Numbered from the stretch's first letter, positions 7,814 to 16,564 are shown. The stretch is DNA of 64,000 nucleotides from Candidatus Limnocylindrales bacterium (GCA_035717785.1 DASTIG010000116.1:3055-67054), one strand, 5' to 3'. Numbers and translations are program-made. The notes: generated from the sequence alone by a model not told the origin.

Positions 7814-8777
7814 CGATCCGGGGCACGTTGGAGGCGGCGGCCTTTTCCTCGAACCGACGGGCGGCCTCGTCCAGCTTGGCGAGATGCTCCGCGAGCCGGC
7901 GCCGGGCATCCTCCGCGGCGGCGTCGAGCCCTTCGAGCTCGAAGATCCTCCAGTGGCGCAGGATCGGCATGATCACTTCGTCATGGTGAACGCGCAGGTC
8001 GTAGATGCCGGCCTTCGCGATCTGTGCGGCCTTGCGGATGAAGCCCGGGATGCCGGCACCTGGCATCTCGAACGCGAGGACCTCGTCGACGATCGCGCGC
8101 ACTGCCGCTGACGGCTGGACCTTCAGCGCCGCCCCGAGGATGTCGCGGTAGAAAACCATGTGGAGGTTCTCGTCTGCGGCGATCCGGACCATGATCTTGT
8201 CGGCCACCGGGTCCGAGGAATAGCGCCCTGTGTTCCGGTGCGCGATCCGCGTCGCCAGCTCCTGGAACGCCACGTAGGCCAGACCGCGGAGCGTGCTCGG
8301 GGCATCGTGGTCGTAGCCCTGCTGGAGCTGCGTCATCCGCCCGCGCTCCAGCAGGACGGGATCGATGTTCCGGGTGACGGTCAGGTAATCGCGCAGCACG
8401 ATCGCGTGACGTCCCTCCTCAGCCGTCCAGCGGCCGACCCAGTTGATCCACGCCCCGTCGCCTTTGCCGAACATCCCGTGGATCAGCCGGTGATAGGAGG
8501 GCAGGTTGTCCTCGGTCAGGAGGCCGATCTCGAAGGCCGTCTGCGCGACACCGGTCAGCCGCGGCTGGTCGGGCGTCCACGGCTCCTTGTCGAAGTCCCG
8601 ACCGAGCCGATACGGGATGTACTCGTGCGGGAACCACTCCTGCGCGACCTTGACGTGCCGATCGAAAAGACGCCCGGCCTCCGGCTCGAGTTCGACGAGC
8701 AGCGCCCGGTCGGCCTCAAGGGCCTCGGCGTCATCGATCGCATGGCCCGGCTCGAGGCGGCGCTCCGTGTCGGTCAC
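7800..8777 (-). CDS. Acyl-ACP desaturase (soluble di-iron, DesA-like)
   Basis: Di-iron ligand motifs WTAEEGRH, QELATRIAH and ADENLH. Overall similarity to stearoyl-ACP desaturases. Confidence 0.85.
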   Translation of the reverse strand: MTDTERRLEPGHAIDDAEALEADRALLVELEPEAGRLFDRHVKVAQEWFPHEYIPYRLGRDFDKEPWTPDQPRLTGVAQTAFEIGLLTEDNLPSYHRLIHGMFGKGDGAWINWVGRWTAEEGRHAIVLRDYLTVTRNIDPVLLERGRMTQLQQGYDHDAPSTLRGLAYVAFQELATRIAHRNTGRYSSDPVADKIMVRIAADENLHMVFYRDILGAALKVQPSAAVRAIVDEVLAFEMPGAGIPGFIRKAAQIAKAGIYDLRVHHDEVIMPILRHWRIFELEGLDAAAEDARRRLAEHLAKLDEAARRFEEKAAASNVPRIASAG

Positions 8778-8879
8778 TTGGTCTCCTGGGGTCTGTCGGC
8801 GCGGTCATAGGGAGCGTACCCGCCGCACCTCTCTCAGCCCCCGAGACCGATGCGCTCCTGCACACGACGGCCGGGACGG

Positions 8880-8885
8880 TAGACT
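8880..8885 (+). promoter_or_regulatory. -10-like hexamer TAGACT, 8 nt before the kinase ATG
   Basis: No SD. Recurrent motif. Confidence 0.5.
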
Positions 8886-8893
8886 CCGGCGCG

Positions 8894-9679
8894 ATGCCCG
8901 AACCGCGCTACGTCACCGCGACCCGCTATGTGACGCCGTTGCGTGAGGGCGGTTCGCTGCCCGGTCTCGTCGAGGCGGACGACGATGGCCTGTACGTGGT
9001 GAAGTTCCACGGCGCTGGCCAGGGGCCACGCGCGCTGGTGTCGGAATGGCTGGCCGGCGAGATCGCCCGTGCGCTGGGTCTGCCGGTACCGGACCTTGTG
9101 TTCATCGATGTCGATCCTGGGCTCGGCGACGCCGAGCCCGATGAGGAGCTCCAGGATCTCGTCCACCGGAGCGGCGGCATCAACCTTGGGCTCGACTTCC
9201 TGCCCGGCGCCCTAGCGTTCAACCCAGCCGCCTTGCCGATCGTCGACCCGGCCATGGCGGCCGATGTCGTCTGGCTGGACGCGTTCGTCACCAACCCCGA
9301 CAGGACCGTCGCGAACCCCAACCTCATCGACTGGCACGGGCGCACGTGGCTGATCGACCACGGCGCCGCCCTCTATATCCACCACACCTGGCGGGATCCC
9401 GAGGCCCACGCGGTGCAGCCGTTCGAACGCGTGCGAGACCACGTACTGCTGCCGTTCGCCGCGCCACTCGACACGGCCGACGCGCGGCTCGCTCCGCGGC
9501 TCGGATCGGAGCTGTTCGGCGAGCTGGCGGCCGCGATCCCCGATGCGTGGCTGCCCGACGATCGCGTGGTCGGTCGGGCGGCTGCCCAGCGCGCGGCGTA
9601 CGTCGACTATCTCGAACGCCGGCTGGCGGCGCGCGCCCGGTTCGTCGAGGAGGCGGATCGTGCCCGACGAGCCGCGTAA
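8894..9679 (+). CDS. HipA-like (PI3/4-kinase-fold) protein kinase family protein
   Basis: LYVVKFHGAGQGPRALVSEWLAGEIARALGLPVP ... NPDRTVANPNLIDWHGRTWLIDHGAAL (catalytic loop / DxG-like). The ATG is 8 nt after TAGACT (8880-8885). Confidence 0.65.
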   Translation: MPEPRYVTATRYVTPLREGGSLPGLVEADDDGLYVVKFHGAGQGPRALVSEWLAGEIARALGLPVPDLVFIDVDPGLGDAEPDEELQDLVHRSGGINLGLDFLPGALAFNPAALPIVDPAMAADVVWLDAFVTNPDRTVANPNLIDWHGRTWLIDHGAALYIHHTWRDPEAHAVQPFERVRDHVLLPFAAPLDTADARLAPRLGSELFGELAAAIPDAWLPDDRVVGRAAAQRAAYVDYLERRLAARARFVEEADRARRAA

Positions 9680-10049
9680 CCCCTACCAGTACGCGATCGT
9701 GCGCGTCGTCCCCCACGTCGAGCGTGGCGAGTGCATCAACGCCGGGGTCGTGCTGCTATGTCGGTCGTTGGCGTTCATCGGCGCAGGGACATCACTCGAT
9801 GAAGCCCGCCTCAAGGCGATCGCGCCCGAAGCCGATCCCGCAGCCATCCGTGCGCACCTCGAGGCGATCGAGCGGATCGCGCGGGGAGACCCCGCCGGCG
9901 GGCCGATCGCGCACCTGTCGATCGCCGAGCGATTCCACTGGCTCGTGTCCCCGGCGAGCACGGTCATCCAACCCTCGCCGGTCCACACCGGCCTGACCGA
10001 CGATCCCGCAACCGAGCTCGAACGCCTGGTCGACGACCTGGTCCGCTGA
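9660..10049 (+). CDS. DUF3037 domain protein
   Basis: YQYAIVRVVPHVERGECINAGVVLLCR is the DUF3037 N-terminal signature. GTG 9660 overlaps the kinase gene by 20 nt; the track ORF start (9543) lies inside the kinase gene. Confidence 0.65.
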   Translation: MPDEPRNPYQYAIVRVVPHVERGECINAGVVLLCRSLAFIGAGTSLDEARLKAIAPEADPAAIRAHLEAIERIARGDPAGGPIAHLSIAERFHWLVSPASTVIQPSPVHTGLTDDPATELERLVDDLVR

Positions 10050-10097
10050 ACCGGTCAGGCGCCGACGGCGACCTGCGCCCGCGTCCGAAGCGGGCCG

Positions 10098-11603
10098 TCA
10101 GACGCTTATGGCCAGCGACGGCCGGGCGATCCGCCGTGTCGCAGGCGAGTATTCGGACCAGGCGGCGGCGAGCCGTTCGACGCCCTCGACGAGCCGTTCC
10201 GGATCCGTGCCGTACGCGATCCGGATGTGGTCCCGGAAGCCGCCGTCAGGTGAGGCCAGAGGCCCGGGCCGGACGATGACGCCATGCCTGGCGGCGAGCC
10301 GGCTGAATTGCACGGCGTCGGCATCGGGAAGCCGGATCCACAGCGACAGGCCGCCCTTCGGCATCGTCCATGTCCACTCGGGAAGCCGTTCGGCCAGGGC
10401 CTGTGTAACGATCGCGCGGCGCTCGGCGGCAGCGGCGACCGTTCCGGCCACGACCTCGTCGATGCGGTCGAGGACCTGGGCCGCGATGGCCTGGGTGATC
10501 AGGCTGGTCGCGTGATCGGCGACGATCTTGCCCGCGACGAGCCGGTCGATGTCGGCGCGCGGGGCGCGGATCCAGCCGATGCGCAGGCCGCCCCATGCCA
10601 GTTTGCTCAGCGAGCCGATGGTGATGACGCGATCGCCCGGGTCGAATGCAGCGATCGGTGGTGGCGCATCAACGCCGAGGGTCCAGTCGGGTGTCAGGTC
10701 CTCGACGACCTGGAACCCGAACTCGCCGGCTGCGCGAGCAAGCTCTCGGCGGCGTGCCTCGGGCATCGTGGCGCCGGTCGGGTTGTGGAAGGTCGGCACG
10801 ACGTAGGCGAGCCGCACAGGCGCGCTCGCCGCGAGGAGCCCGGCCATGTCGACGCGCGGGCCGTCGGGGTCGACCGGCATGGGCAACAGGCGGTTGCCGG
10901 TCGTGCGGAACGCATCGATCGCGCCGATGTATGTCGGGTTCTCGAGGACGACCGCGCTGCCCGGTCCGCCGATCTGCGATCCGATGAGGTGGACCGCCTG
11001 TTGCGCCCCGTTCGTGACGAGGATCTGGTCGGGGTCGGTCGGGACGCCGAGCCGGCCGAGGTAGGCGGCGATCCCCGCGCGGAGCCGGGGCCACCCGAAC
11101 GGGTCGTAGCCCATCTCGTTGAGGAGTGCCGGCGCGTCGTCGCGCAACGCGGTCTCGACGCAGCCCGCGACGGCCGGGCCGGCCGGCAAGGCGCCGATCG
11201 TGAACTGGATCGCGTCGGCATCGTGCTGGACGAGCCAGTCCGGGGAACCTCCGGCCCCGGCGGATGAGCGCGCGATCCGAAACGGCGCCTCGGTATCCGT
11301 ATCCTCCGGACGTGTCGGGGTGAAGGCGAACAGCCCCGGACGGCGGGTCGCGACGCGGGTCCCGCTGCCCTGCCGGCTCCGTGCGAGACCGGCCAGGCGT
11401 AGTCGATCGTAGGCGGCCACGATCGTCGTGCGACTTAGCGCGAGCTCGCGGGCGAGCTCCCGCTCTGCCGGCAGCTTGGTCCCCGCAGGCAGCATCCCGA
11501 TCTCGATCGCGCGAGCCAGCGCGTCGGCGAGCTGCTCATTGAGTGGGTCTGCACCGTCCGCCCACGGGCCGATCAGCTCGACGAGTGCAGCGGCCGTGAC
11601 CAT
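10098..11603 (-). CDS. MocR/GabR-family regulator (GntR HTH + class I aminotransferase-like domain)
   Basis: HTH LPAERELARELALSRTTIVAAYDRL and PLP-lysine motif SLSKLAWGGLRIGW. Start set at ATG 11603 because 11604-11666 is low-GC and carries operator-like repeats. Confidence 0.85.
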   Translation of the reverse strand: MVTAAALVELIGPWADGADPLNEQLADALARAIEIGMLPAGTKLPAERELARELALSRTTIVAAYDRLRLAGLARSRQGSGTRVATRRPGLFAFTPTRPEDTDTEAPFRIARSSAGAGGSPDWLVQHDADAIQFTIGALPAGPAVAGCVETALRDDAPALLNEMGYDPFGWPRLRAGIAAYLGRLGVPTDPDQILVTNGAQQAVHLIGSQIGGPGSAVVLENPTYIGAIDAFRTTGNRLLPMPVDPDGPRVDMAGLLAASAPVRLAYVVPTFHNPTGATMPEARRRELARAAGEFGFQVVEDLTPDWTLGVDAPPPIAAFDPGDRVITIGSLSKLAWGGLRIGWIRAPRADIDRLVAGKIVADHATSLITQAIAAQVLDRIDEVVAGTVAAAAERRAIVTQALAERLPEWTWTMPKGGLSLWIRLPDADAVQFSRLAARHGVIVRPGPLASPDGGFRDHIRIAYGTDPERLVEGVERLAAAWSEYSPATRRIARPSLAISV

Positions 11604-11615
11604 CGATTGCCTTTT

Positions 11616-11727
11616 CAGTCCACTTGTAGGGAATTGGCTATTGGACTGGTCCGTCATGCGTGCCAATGTGGCACCACATCAGTCCAATGTCAACTCCGAC
11701 GCTCAGATGGACTGGTTCGACTGGACC
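11616..11727. promoter_or_regulatory. Cluster of TGGACTG(G/A) repeats in the MocR / small-membrane-protein divergent region
   Basis: Copies at 11616-11623 (rc), 11641-11649, 11680-11687 (rc) and 11707-11715, plus the related GACTGGACC at 11719-11727. Locally low GC. Confidence 0.5.
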
Positions 11728-11747
11728 GGAAAGGAAGGGCGACCGAC

Positions 11748-11897
11748 ATGACCATCGACTCCGCGATGGCCGCCCTTGCGGCGATCATCTTCATCGGACC
11801 GCTCCTCGCACTTGCCGTGGCAGCCATCCGCTTCGGCGCCGACTCACGGCCCGGGGTCGGGGATCCCGACCGGCGACCCTGGCTGATCGGCCACTGA
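11748..11897 (+). CDS. Small membrane protein (49 aa)
   Basis: SD-like GGAAAGGAAGGG upstream. One TM helix (AALAAIIFIGPLLALAVAAI). Divergent from the MocR gene. Confidence 0.5.
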   Translation: MTIDSAMAALAAIIFIGPLLALAVAAIRFGADSRPGVGDPDRRPWLIGH

Positions 11898-11959
11898 CCA
11901 CAGCCTCTCCGCGCAGGCGAACGACCCCGGCTCTCCACCGGGGTCGTTTCGTGTCCGGG

Positions 11960-12529
11960 TCAGCCCTTGGCCGCGCGCAGCAACGCCTTGTGGGCGCGCT
12001 TGCCGGCCTGGTAACCGGCCAGGGCCTCGGCGGAATCGACGTCGCCGAGGGTCGGATGCTTCGGCATTACGTCACCCATGCCCGGAAGGTCGACCCCAAG
12101 GCGCTTGCCGAGGATCGCGATGAGGCTCTTCGCCTTCATCTCGCCGATGCCGGGCAGACCGAGCAGACGCCGCTCGAGATCGGGGCCATCGACGGCCTGG
12201 GTCCAGATCCGGCTCGCATCGTTGTCGTAGTCGCGGGCGATGGCCGCCGCGAGCTGCTGGACCTTGCCGGCCATGGAGCCAGGGAACCGGTGCAGGGCAG
12301 GTCGCTCGCGGAAGACCGCGTCGAGTTTGGCCGGGTCGGTCGCCGCGATCTTGGCCGCGTCGAGGTGGCCGAGGCGGCGCTGCAGCTCGGCCGGCCCGCT
12401 GAATGCCTTCTGGACGGTCACCTGTTGGTCCAGGGCGAACCCGATCAGGAGGGCCAGCGGGCTGGCGACGAGCAGTCGATCGGCCTCGTCGTCACCGGTG
12501 AAGGGCAGTCGATCGGTCGTCGCGGGCAT
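11960..12529 (-). CDS. HhH-GPD-type base-excision DNA repair protein
   Basis: 189 aa with helix-hairpin-helix LPGIGEMKAKSLIAILG. The ATG is 6 nt after TACCAT. Confidence 0.75.
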   Translation of the reverse strand: MPATTDRLPFTGDDEADRLLVASPLALLIGFALDQQVTVQKAFSGPAELQRRLGHLDAAKIAATDPAKLDAVFRERPALHRFPGSMAGKVQQLAAAIARDYDNDASRIWTQAVDGPDLERRLLGLPGIGEMKAKSLIAILGKRLGVDLPGMGDVMPKHPTLGDVDSAEALAGYQAGKRAHKALLRAAKG

Positions 12530-12535
12530 GACCGC

Positions 12536-12541
12536 ATGGTA
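12536..12541 (-). promoter_or_regulatory. -10-like hexamer TACCAT, 6 nt before the HhH-GPD ATG
   Basis: Minus strand reads TACCAT-gcggtc-ATG. Confidence 0.45.
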
Positions 12542-12949
12542 GTGGCTTGGGGCGCGTATTCGCGACGCCTAGGGGGATCGAACGACGGGACCGGGAGGCG
12601 CCGCCGCGCCGGCCCGAGAGGCGCTCCACCGTTGGAACCACCAGCGTTCCAAGTAGCGGCCGAAGGCGTCCACCGCCTGATGGACCGTGTCGCGTTCCGG
12701 ATAGCGGCTGATCGGGGTGGCGCGGGTCGTTCCGACGCCATCGGGAACGCTGGCGGTTCCAGGGGAGGATCCCGTGCTGGGGCGTGGAGGGGATACGTTG
12801 CGCGGCCTCGTCATCCGTCCAGGTGCGGCCCGCGCATTCGGCTAGGCTCGGTCCCCACGGACGTCGGATGCCACCGGAGCTGGAGACCCGCACCATGGAC
12901 CCAGTCCCGACCACGGTGGCCGGGCATGGCACACGGAAGGAGCTCGACC

Positions 12950-13066
12950 ATGGCCTCGACCCCGATGATCCGGGTGGATGTCGGTTGGTTCCTCCCGTCG
13001 ATCCTCATCCTGTTGATGCTGGTTCTCGCGAGCCTCGGCATCGTGGTCCAGGCCGCGACCGTGTGA
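12950..13066 (+). CDS. Hypothetical small membrane protein (38 aa)
   Basis: GGAAGGAG SD 7 nt before the ATG. Single TM (WFLPSILILLMLVLASLGIVV). Below the track size cut-off as a stand-alone ORF. Confidence 0.3.
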   Translation: MASTPMIRVDVGWFLPSILILLMLVLASLGIVVQAATV

Positions 13067-13164
13067 CGCGAGGACCACCCGACAGGGATCCATGGCCCCG
13101 GTGCGGACGTCCCCCCCGTCCCCGGGGCCTCTTCGAGTCGCCGCGTCCGCCCGCTCGCGAATCG

Positions 13165-13192
13165 ATGAGGCCCGGCGGATGCCGGGCCTCAT
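13165..13192. terminator. Perfect 12-bp GC-rich hairpin between convergent genes
   Basis: ATGAGGCCCGGC-GGAT-GCCGGGCCTCAT with no U-tract, as is common for actinobacterial terminators. Confidence 0.5.
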
Positions 13193-13214
13193 AGGTGTTA
13201 CCGCGTGAAGACGA

Positions 13215-14063
13215 TCAGCCGCCGGCTCGCCACTGGGCTGCGGTCAGGCTGAGATTGCCGATGGCCGCGCGCCAGTACTTGCCCGACTGCGGCGGATCGA
13301 GATGGGCCTTCGCCCAGTACGTGCGCGACGACGTGAAGTAGAAGTCACGCGCACTGCTGGCGCTCGGGTGCGTCATCAGGATCGTGTTCATCGAGTAGTT
13401 CGTCGTGAACAGCGACCGAACCTGGTGCGACACGCTGTTGATCGCTTCGGCGAAGACCACCTTCGCGCCGGTGCGCAGGAACCCGGCGCCGTAGTTGTCG
13501 ACACGCTTGATGGCGGTCGCCTTGGTCGGGTTGGCGGAACCCCACTCGGAGTTGCCCGACGCGTAGCACAGGCGATTGAGGATCACCACCGCGTTCGGGG
13601 CCATCTGGATGTAGCGGTCGATGTAGTACTCGCCCCAGTATTTGGTGTTGGAATTGCCGTTCCCGGATGTGGCATTCAGCCCCATCCCGTCCTTGGTGTA
13701 TTTCTGGAACGAGCCGTATGGACTCGGATAACCGTTGCCATGGCCGAGATAGATGAGGAGGTTCGCGCCTTGTGCGGCGGACCTGACCCTCGTCCACGTC
13801 GCGTAGGGGCTGTAGATCTCGGTGACCGACGCTCCGTAGGAGCGGGCGAGGCTGGCATAGACGCGGGCACTGTCGCGGTATTTGGCGGTACTGGACCCCG
13901 CCGGCCCGACGACCACGACGACCTTGATGCTCGCCGCGCGAGTCTCCTGCGGCGCCGCCATGGTGCCGAGGCTACCGGCGACGGCGGCCAGCAATCCGAC
14001 GACGACGATGCGCCGGGAGCGCGAGATGGACGCCCGCTGGGCGCCGATGGGACGAACCGACAA
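13215..14063 (-). CDS. Secreted protein with caspase-like (clan CD) His/Cys arrangement
   Basis: TTG start 8 nt after GAGGAGG. Signal peptide RRIVVVGLLAAVAGSLGTMAAPQETRAA. Strand-then-residue motifs NLLIYLGHGNG and AVVILNRLCYASGN. The upstream 131 codons of the track ORF are not protein-like. Confidence 0.6.
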   Translation of the reverse strand: MSVRPIGAQRASISRSRRIVVVGLLAAVAGSLGTMAAPQETRAASIKVVVVVGPAGSSTAKYRDSARVYASLARSYGASVTEIYSPYATWTRVRSAAQGANLLIYLGHGNGYPSPYGSFQKYTKDGMGLNATSGNGNSNTKYWGEYYIDRYIQMAPNAVVILNRLCYASGNSEWGSANPTKATAIKRVDNYGAGFLRTGAKVVFAEAINSVSHQVRSLFTTNYSMNTILMTHPSASSARDFYFTSSRTYWAKAHLDPPQSGKYWRAAIGNLSLTAAQWRAGG

Positions 14064-14582
14064 TGTCCTTGCCTCCTCACTGCCAGAACATCGCGTGGGG
14101 GACGCGATGACGGTGAGTGGTGCCGCCCGTGGCAGGGGAGCGCGATGCGAGGATGAGGACGGGGTGCGATCGATCCGCGGTGAGCAAGCGGAGCGAAAGC
14201 GACCACGGTCCGGGCGATCCGGACCGGGGACGTCGAGTGCGATACCCGACGGATGACAGACTTTCTGCCGTGGGGGGCGGCGAGTCTTCTGTTGGGCCTG
14301 TCTATCGAGGTTGACGCGTGGGGGTCGACCGGGAGTATGGCAGCGGCACTTGCAGGTTGTCTGCAGCCAGTGGTCCCATGACACCCCCGTAATCGTGATG
14401 CCCGCGACGTTTCCGGTGCCCGGGCGCACCGGGCCGGACGCGGCACCCACGACCATGCGGCGACTACCTCGCCCCGATATCGGCTATGCTCCGGGCGGCC
14501 GACGTGCGGCTGCGCGATCGCGCGCACGGCCGGCACCGCCGTCGCGCTCCCGCGGATCCCCGCCCGCGACGGCACGGGACCC

Positions 14583-15908
14583 ATGCAGGAGCAACTTTTG
14601 ACCTTCGACTCGCTCGGCCTTTCGGCCGATCTCCTCGCGACCGTGACCGCCGAGGGCTATACGACCCCGACACCGGTCCAAGCGGCCGCCATCCCCTTCG
14701 TCCTCCAGGGCCGCGACGTCCTGGCCGCCGCCCAGACGGGCACCGGCAAGACCGCCGCCTTTACGCTGCCGATCCTGGATCGACTCCGGGGCCACGCCAA
14801 CGATTCGTTCTCACCCGCGCGCCACCCGGTCCGCGTCCTGATCCTCGTCCCGACGCGCGAGCTCGCGATGCAGGTCGATGAATCGGTGCGGACGTACGGG
14901 CGGACGGTCCCGTTGCGCTCCGCGGTCGTCTACGGCGGCATCCCGATGGATCCGCAGATCAAGGCGCTGCGCGCCGGTGTCGAGATCCTCACGGCCACGC
15001 CCGGGCGCCTCCTCGACCTCGTCGGACAACGCGTCGCCAATCTCGGCCAGGTCGAAGTGCTCGTCCTGGATGAAGCCGACCGCATGCTGGACATGGGCTT
15101 CCTGCCCGACATCCAGCGGATCATCGAGCTCCTGCCGAAGCGCCGCCAGAACCTGATGTTCTCGGCGACGTTCTCGGAGGACATCCGGCGGCTGTCCGGG
15201 ACGATCCTGCGCGACCCGGAGACGGTCGAGGTCATGCCGCGCAACACGGCCGCCGAGGCCGTCAAGCAACTCGTCTACCCGGTCGACCGCGACCGGAAGG
15301 AGGAGTTGCTCGCCCACCTCGTCCGCGCCGACGACCTCCACCAGGTCCTCGTCTTCACGCGCACCAAGCTCGCGGCATCACGCCTCGCCTCACGGCTGGA
15401 CCGCGAGGGTCTCGATGCGGTCGCGATCCACAGCGATCGCTCGCAGCCGGAACGCACGCGCGCGCTCGAGGGCTTCAAGTCGGGCGACATCCGGGTCCTG
15501 GTGGCCACCGATGTGGCGGCGCGAGGCCTCGATATCGAGGACCTTCCGGTCGTCGTCAACTTCGAGCTGCCGTGGAACCCGCAGGACTACATCCATCGCA
15601 TCGGCCGGACCGGCCGTGCAGGCGCCTCCGGCGAGGCGATCAGCCTGGTTTGCATCGACGAGGTCGATCTGCTCCGCGGCATCCAGCGGATGCTGAAGAG
15701 AGCCATCCCGTGGACGGTCGAGGAGGGCTTCGTGCCCGATCGCTCGGCCGAGCCGCGGCCGCTCGGGATGCGGGCCGGCCACGCGCGGGTCGGTCGCGAT
15801 CATCATGCGCATCGAAAGCCCGTCCGACAGCGATCGGGAGCCGGTGTCTCAGCCGCGCCGCGCGACGGTCGGCGCCCAGAGCGCTCCGGAGCCCGGGACC
15901 GCCGCTAG
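14583..15908 (+). CDS. rhlE: DEAD-box ATP-dependent RNA helicase (RhlE-like)
   Basis: Q-motif TPTPVQ, AQTGTGKT, DEAD, SAT, HRIGRTGRAG. Basic C-terminal tail. Confidence 0.9.
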   Translation: MQEQLLTFDSLGLSADLLATVTAEGYTTPTPVQAAAIPFVLQGRDVLAAAQTGTGKTAAFTLPILDRLRGHANDSFSPARHPVRVLILVPTRELAMQVDESVRTYGRTVPLRSAVVYGGIPMDPQIKALRAGVEILTATPGRLLDLVGQRVANLGQVEVLVLDEADRMLDMGFLPDIQRIIELLPKRRQNLMFSATFSEDIRRLSGTILRDPETVEVMPRNTAAEAVKQLVYPVDRDRKEELLAHLVRADDLHQVLVFTRTKLAASRLASRLDREGLDAVAIHSDRSQPERTRALEGFKSGDIRVLVATDVAARGLDIEDLPVVVNFELPWNPQDYIHRIGRTGRAGASGEAISLVCIDEVDLLRGIQRMLKRAIPWTVEEGFVPDRSAEPRPLGMRAGHARVGRDHHAHRKPVRQRSGAGVSAAPRDGRRPERSGARDRR

Positions 15909-15909
15909 G

Positions 15910-16440
15910 TCAGGTTGCGCCGGACTCTGCGACGTCGGCCTGGATGATCGTCGCGCCCGGGAAGAAGAACCCCAGCATCAGGTCGCACGCGACGCTCTCG
16001 ACCACGTAGCGGTTGACGAGTGCGTGGTGGCCGACCGGGGTGAGCTCCGACTTCGGTCCGACATCGGTTCGCGGGCCGATGCTGACGTCCTTGAGCAGGA
16101 CGAACTCGCCGGTCGGTCGGGTGAGCGCACGACCCGGATCGAAACCGGGCAGCGTCGGCATCTCGCCCTCGATCGTGTACGGACCGACGTCGAGCCGGAT
16201 GCTATGCCACGACGCGTGGACGGCGATCGTCGGGTCGTCGTCGGCGACGGCGATCATCACGTCGTCGATCGGGATCGTCATGTTTGGCGCGGGTCCGGGC
16301 CGACCGTCCAGTGGCTGCCACTGGACCCGCTCCAGCGCGAGGACGCCGTCCACTTCGAGGACCTCGCGAAGGGTCCCGACGCGCACGAGCATACCGCTGG
16401 CCACTCCCCCAGCCATGTAGGCATCGACACGTATCGACAT
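15910..16440 (-). CDS. Uncharacterised conserved protein (paralog A of the 63439 gene)
   Basis: 176 aa that aligns by eye along its length with the ORF at 63439-64000 (ERVQWQPLDG / SDVQWAPADG; HALVNRYVVESV / AVLVNRFYLRGI). Start taken at ATG 16440. Confidence 0.6.
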   Translation of the reverse strand: MSIRVDAYMAGGVASGMLVRVGTLREVLEVDGVLALERVQWQPLDGRPGPAPNMTIPIDDVMIAVADDDPTIAVHASWHSIRLDVGPYTIEGEMPTLPGFDPGRALTRPTGEFVLLKDVSIGPRTDVGPKSELTPVGHHALVNRYVVESVACDLMLGFFFPGATIIQADVAESGAT

Positions 16441-16492
16441 GCGTCCCCCGAGAACGTGCGGCAACCGTGGGGCTCACACGCGCGCGCGGCAA

Positions 16493-16534
16493 GTAGCCCA
16501 TGTGTACCGGCGAGTAGCCCGTATGTACCGGCGA
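16493..16534. repeat. Two tandem 21-bp repeats upstream of paralog A
   Basis: GTAGCCCATGTGTACCGGCGA / GTAGCCCGTATGTACCGGCGA (18/21 identical), 53-94 nt upstream of ATG 16440. Confidence 0.75.
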
Positions 16535-16564
16535 GCTCGATCCGGTGGTCAGGCGGACGAGCGG

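Noticed and set aside
14064-14330. c-di-AMP (ydaO-type) or other riboswitch in the long leader of the secreted-protein gene / rhlE
   Set aside because: A few G-rich fragments (ACGGGGTG, CCGGGGAC, ACCCGAC) resemble ydaO pieces, but they lie on the plus strand, in the wrong order and spacing, and the minus strand does not match. Only a generic hairpin is supported.
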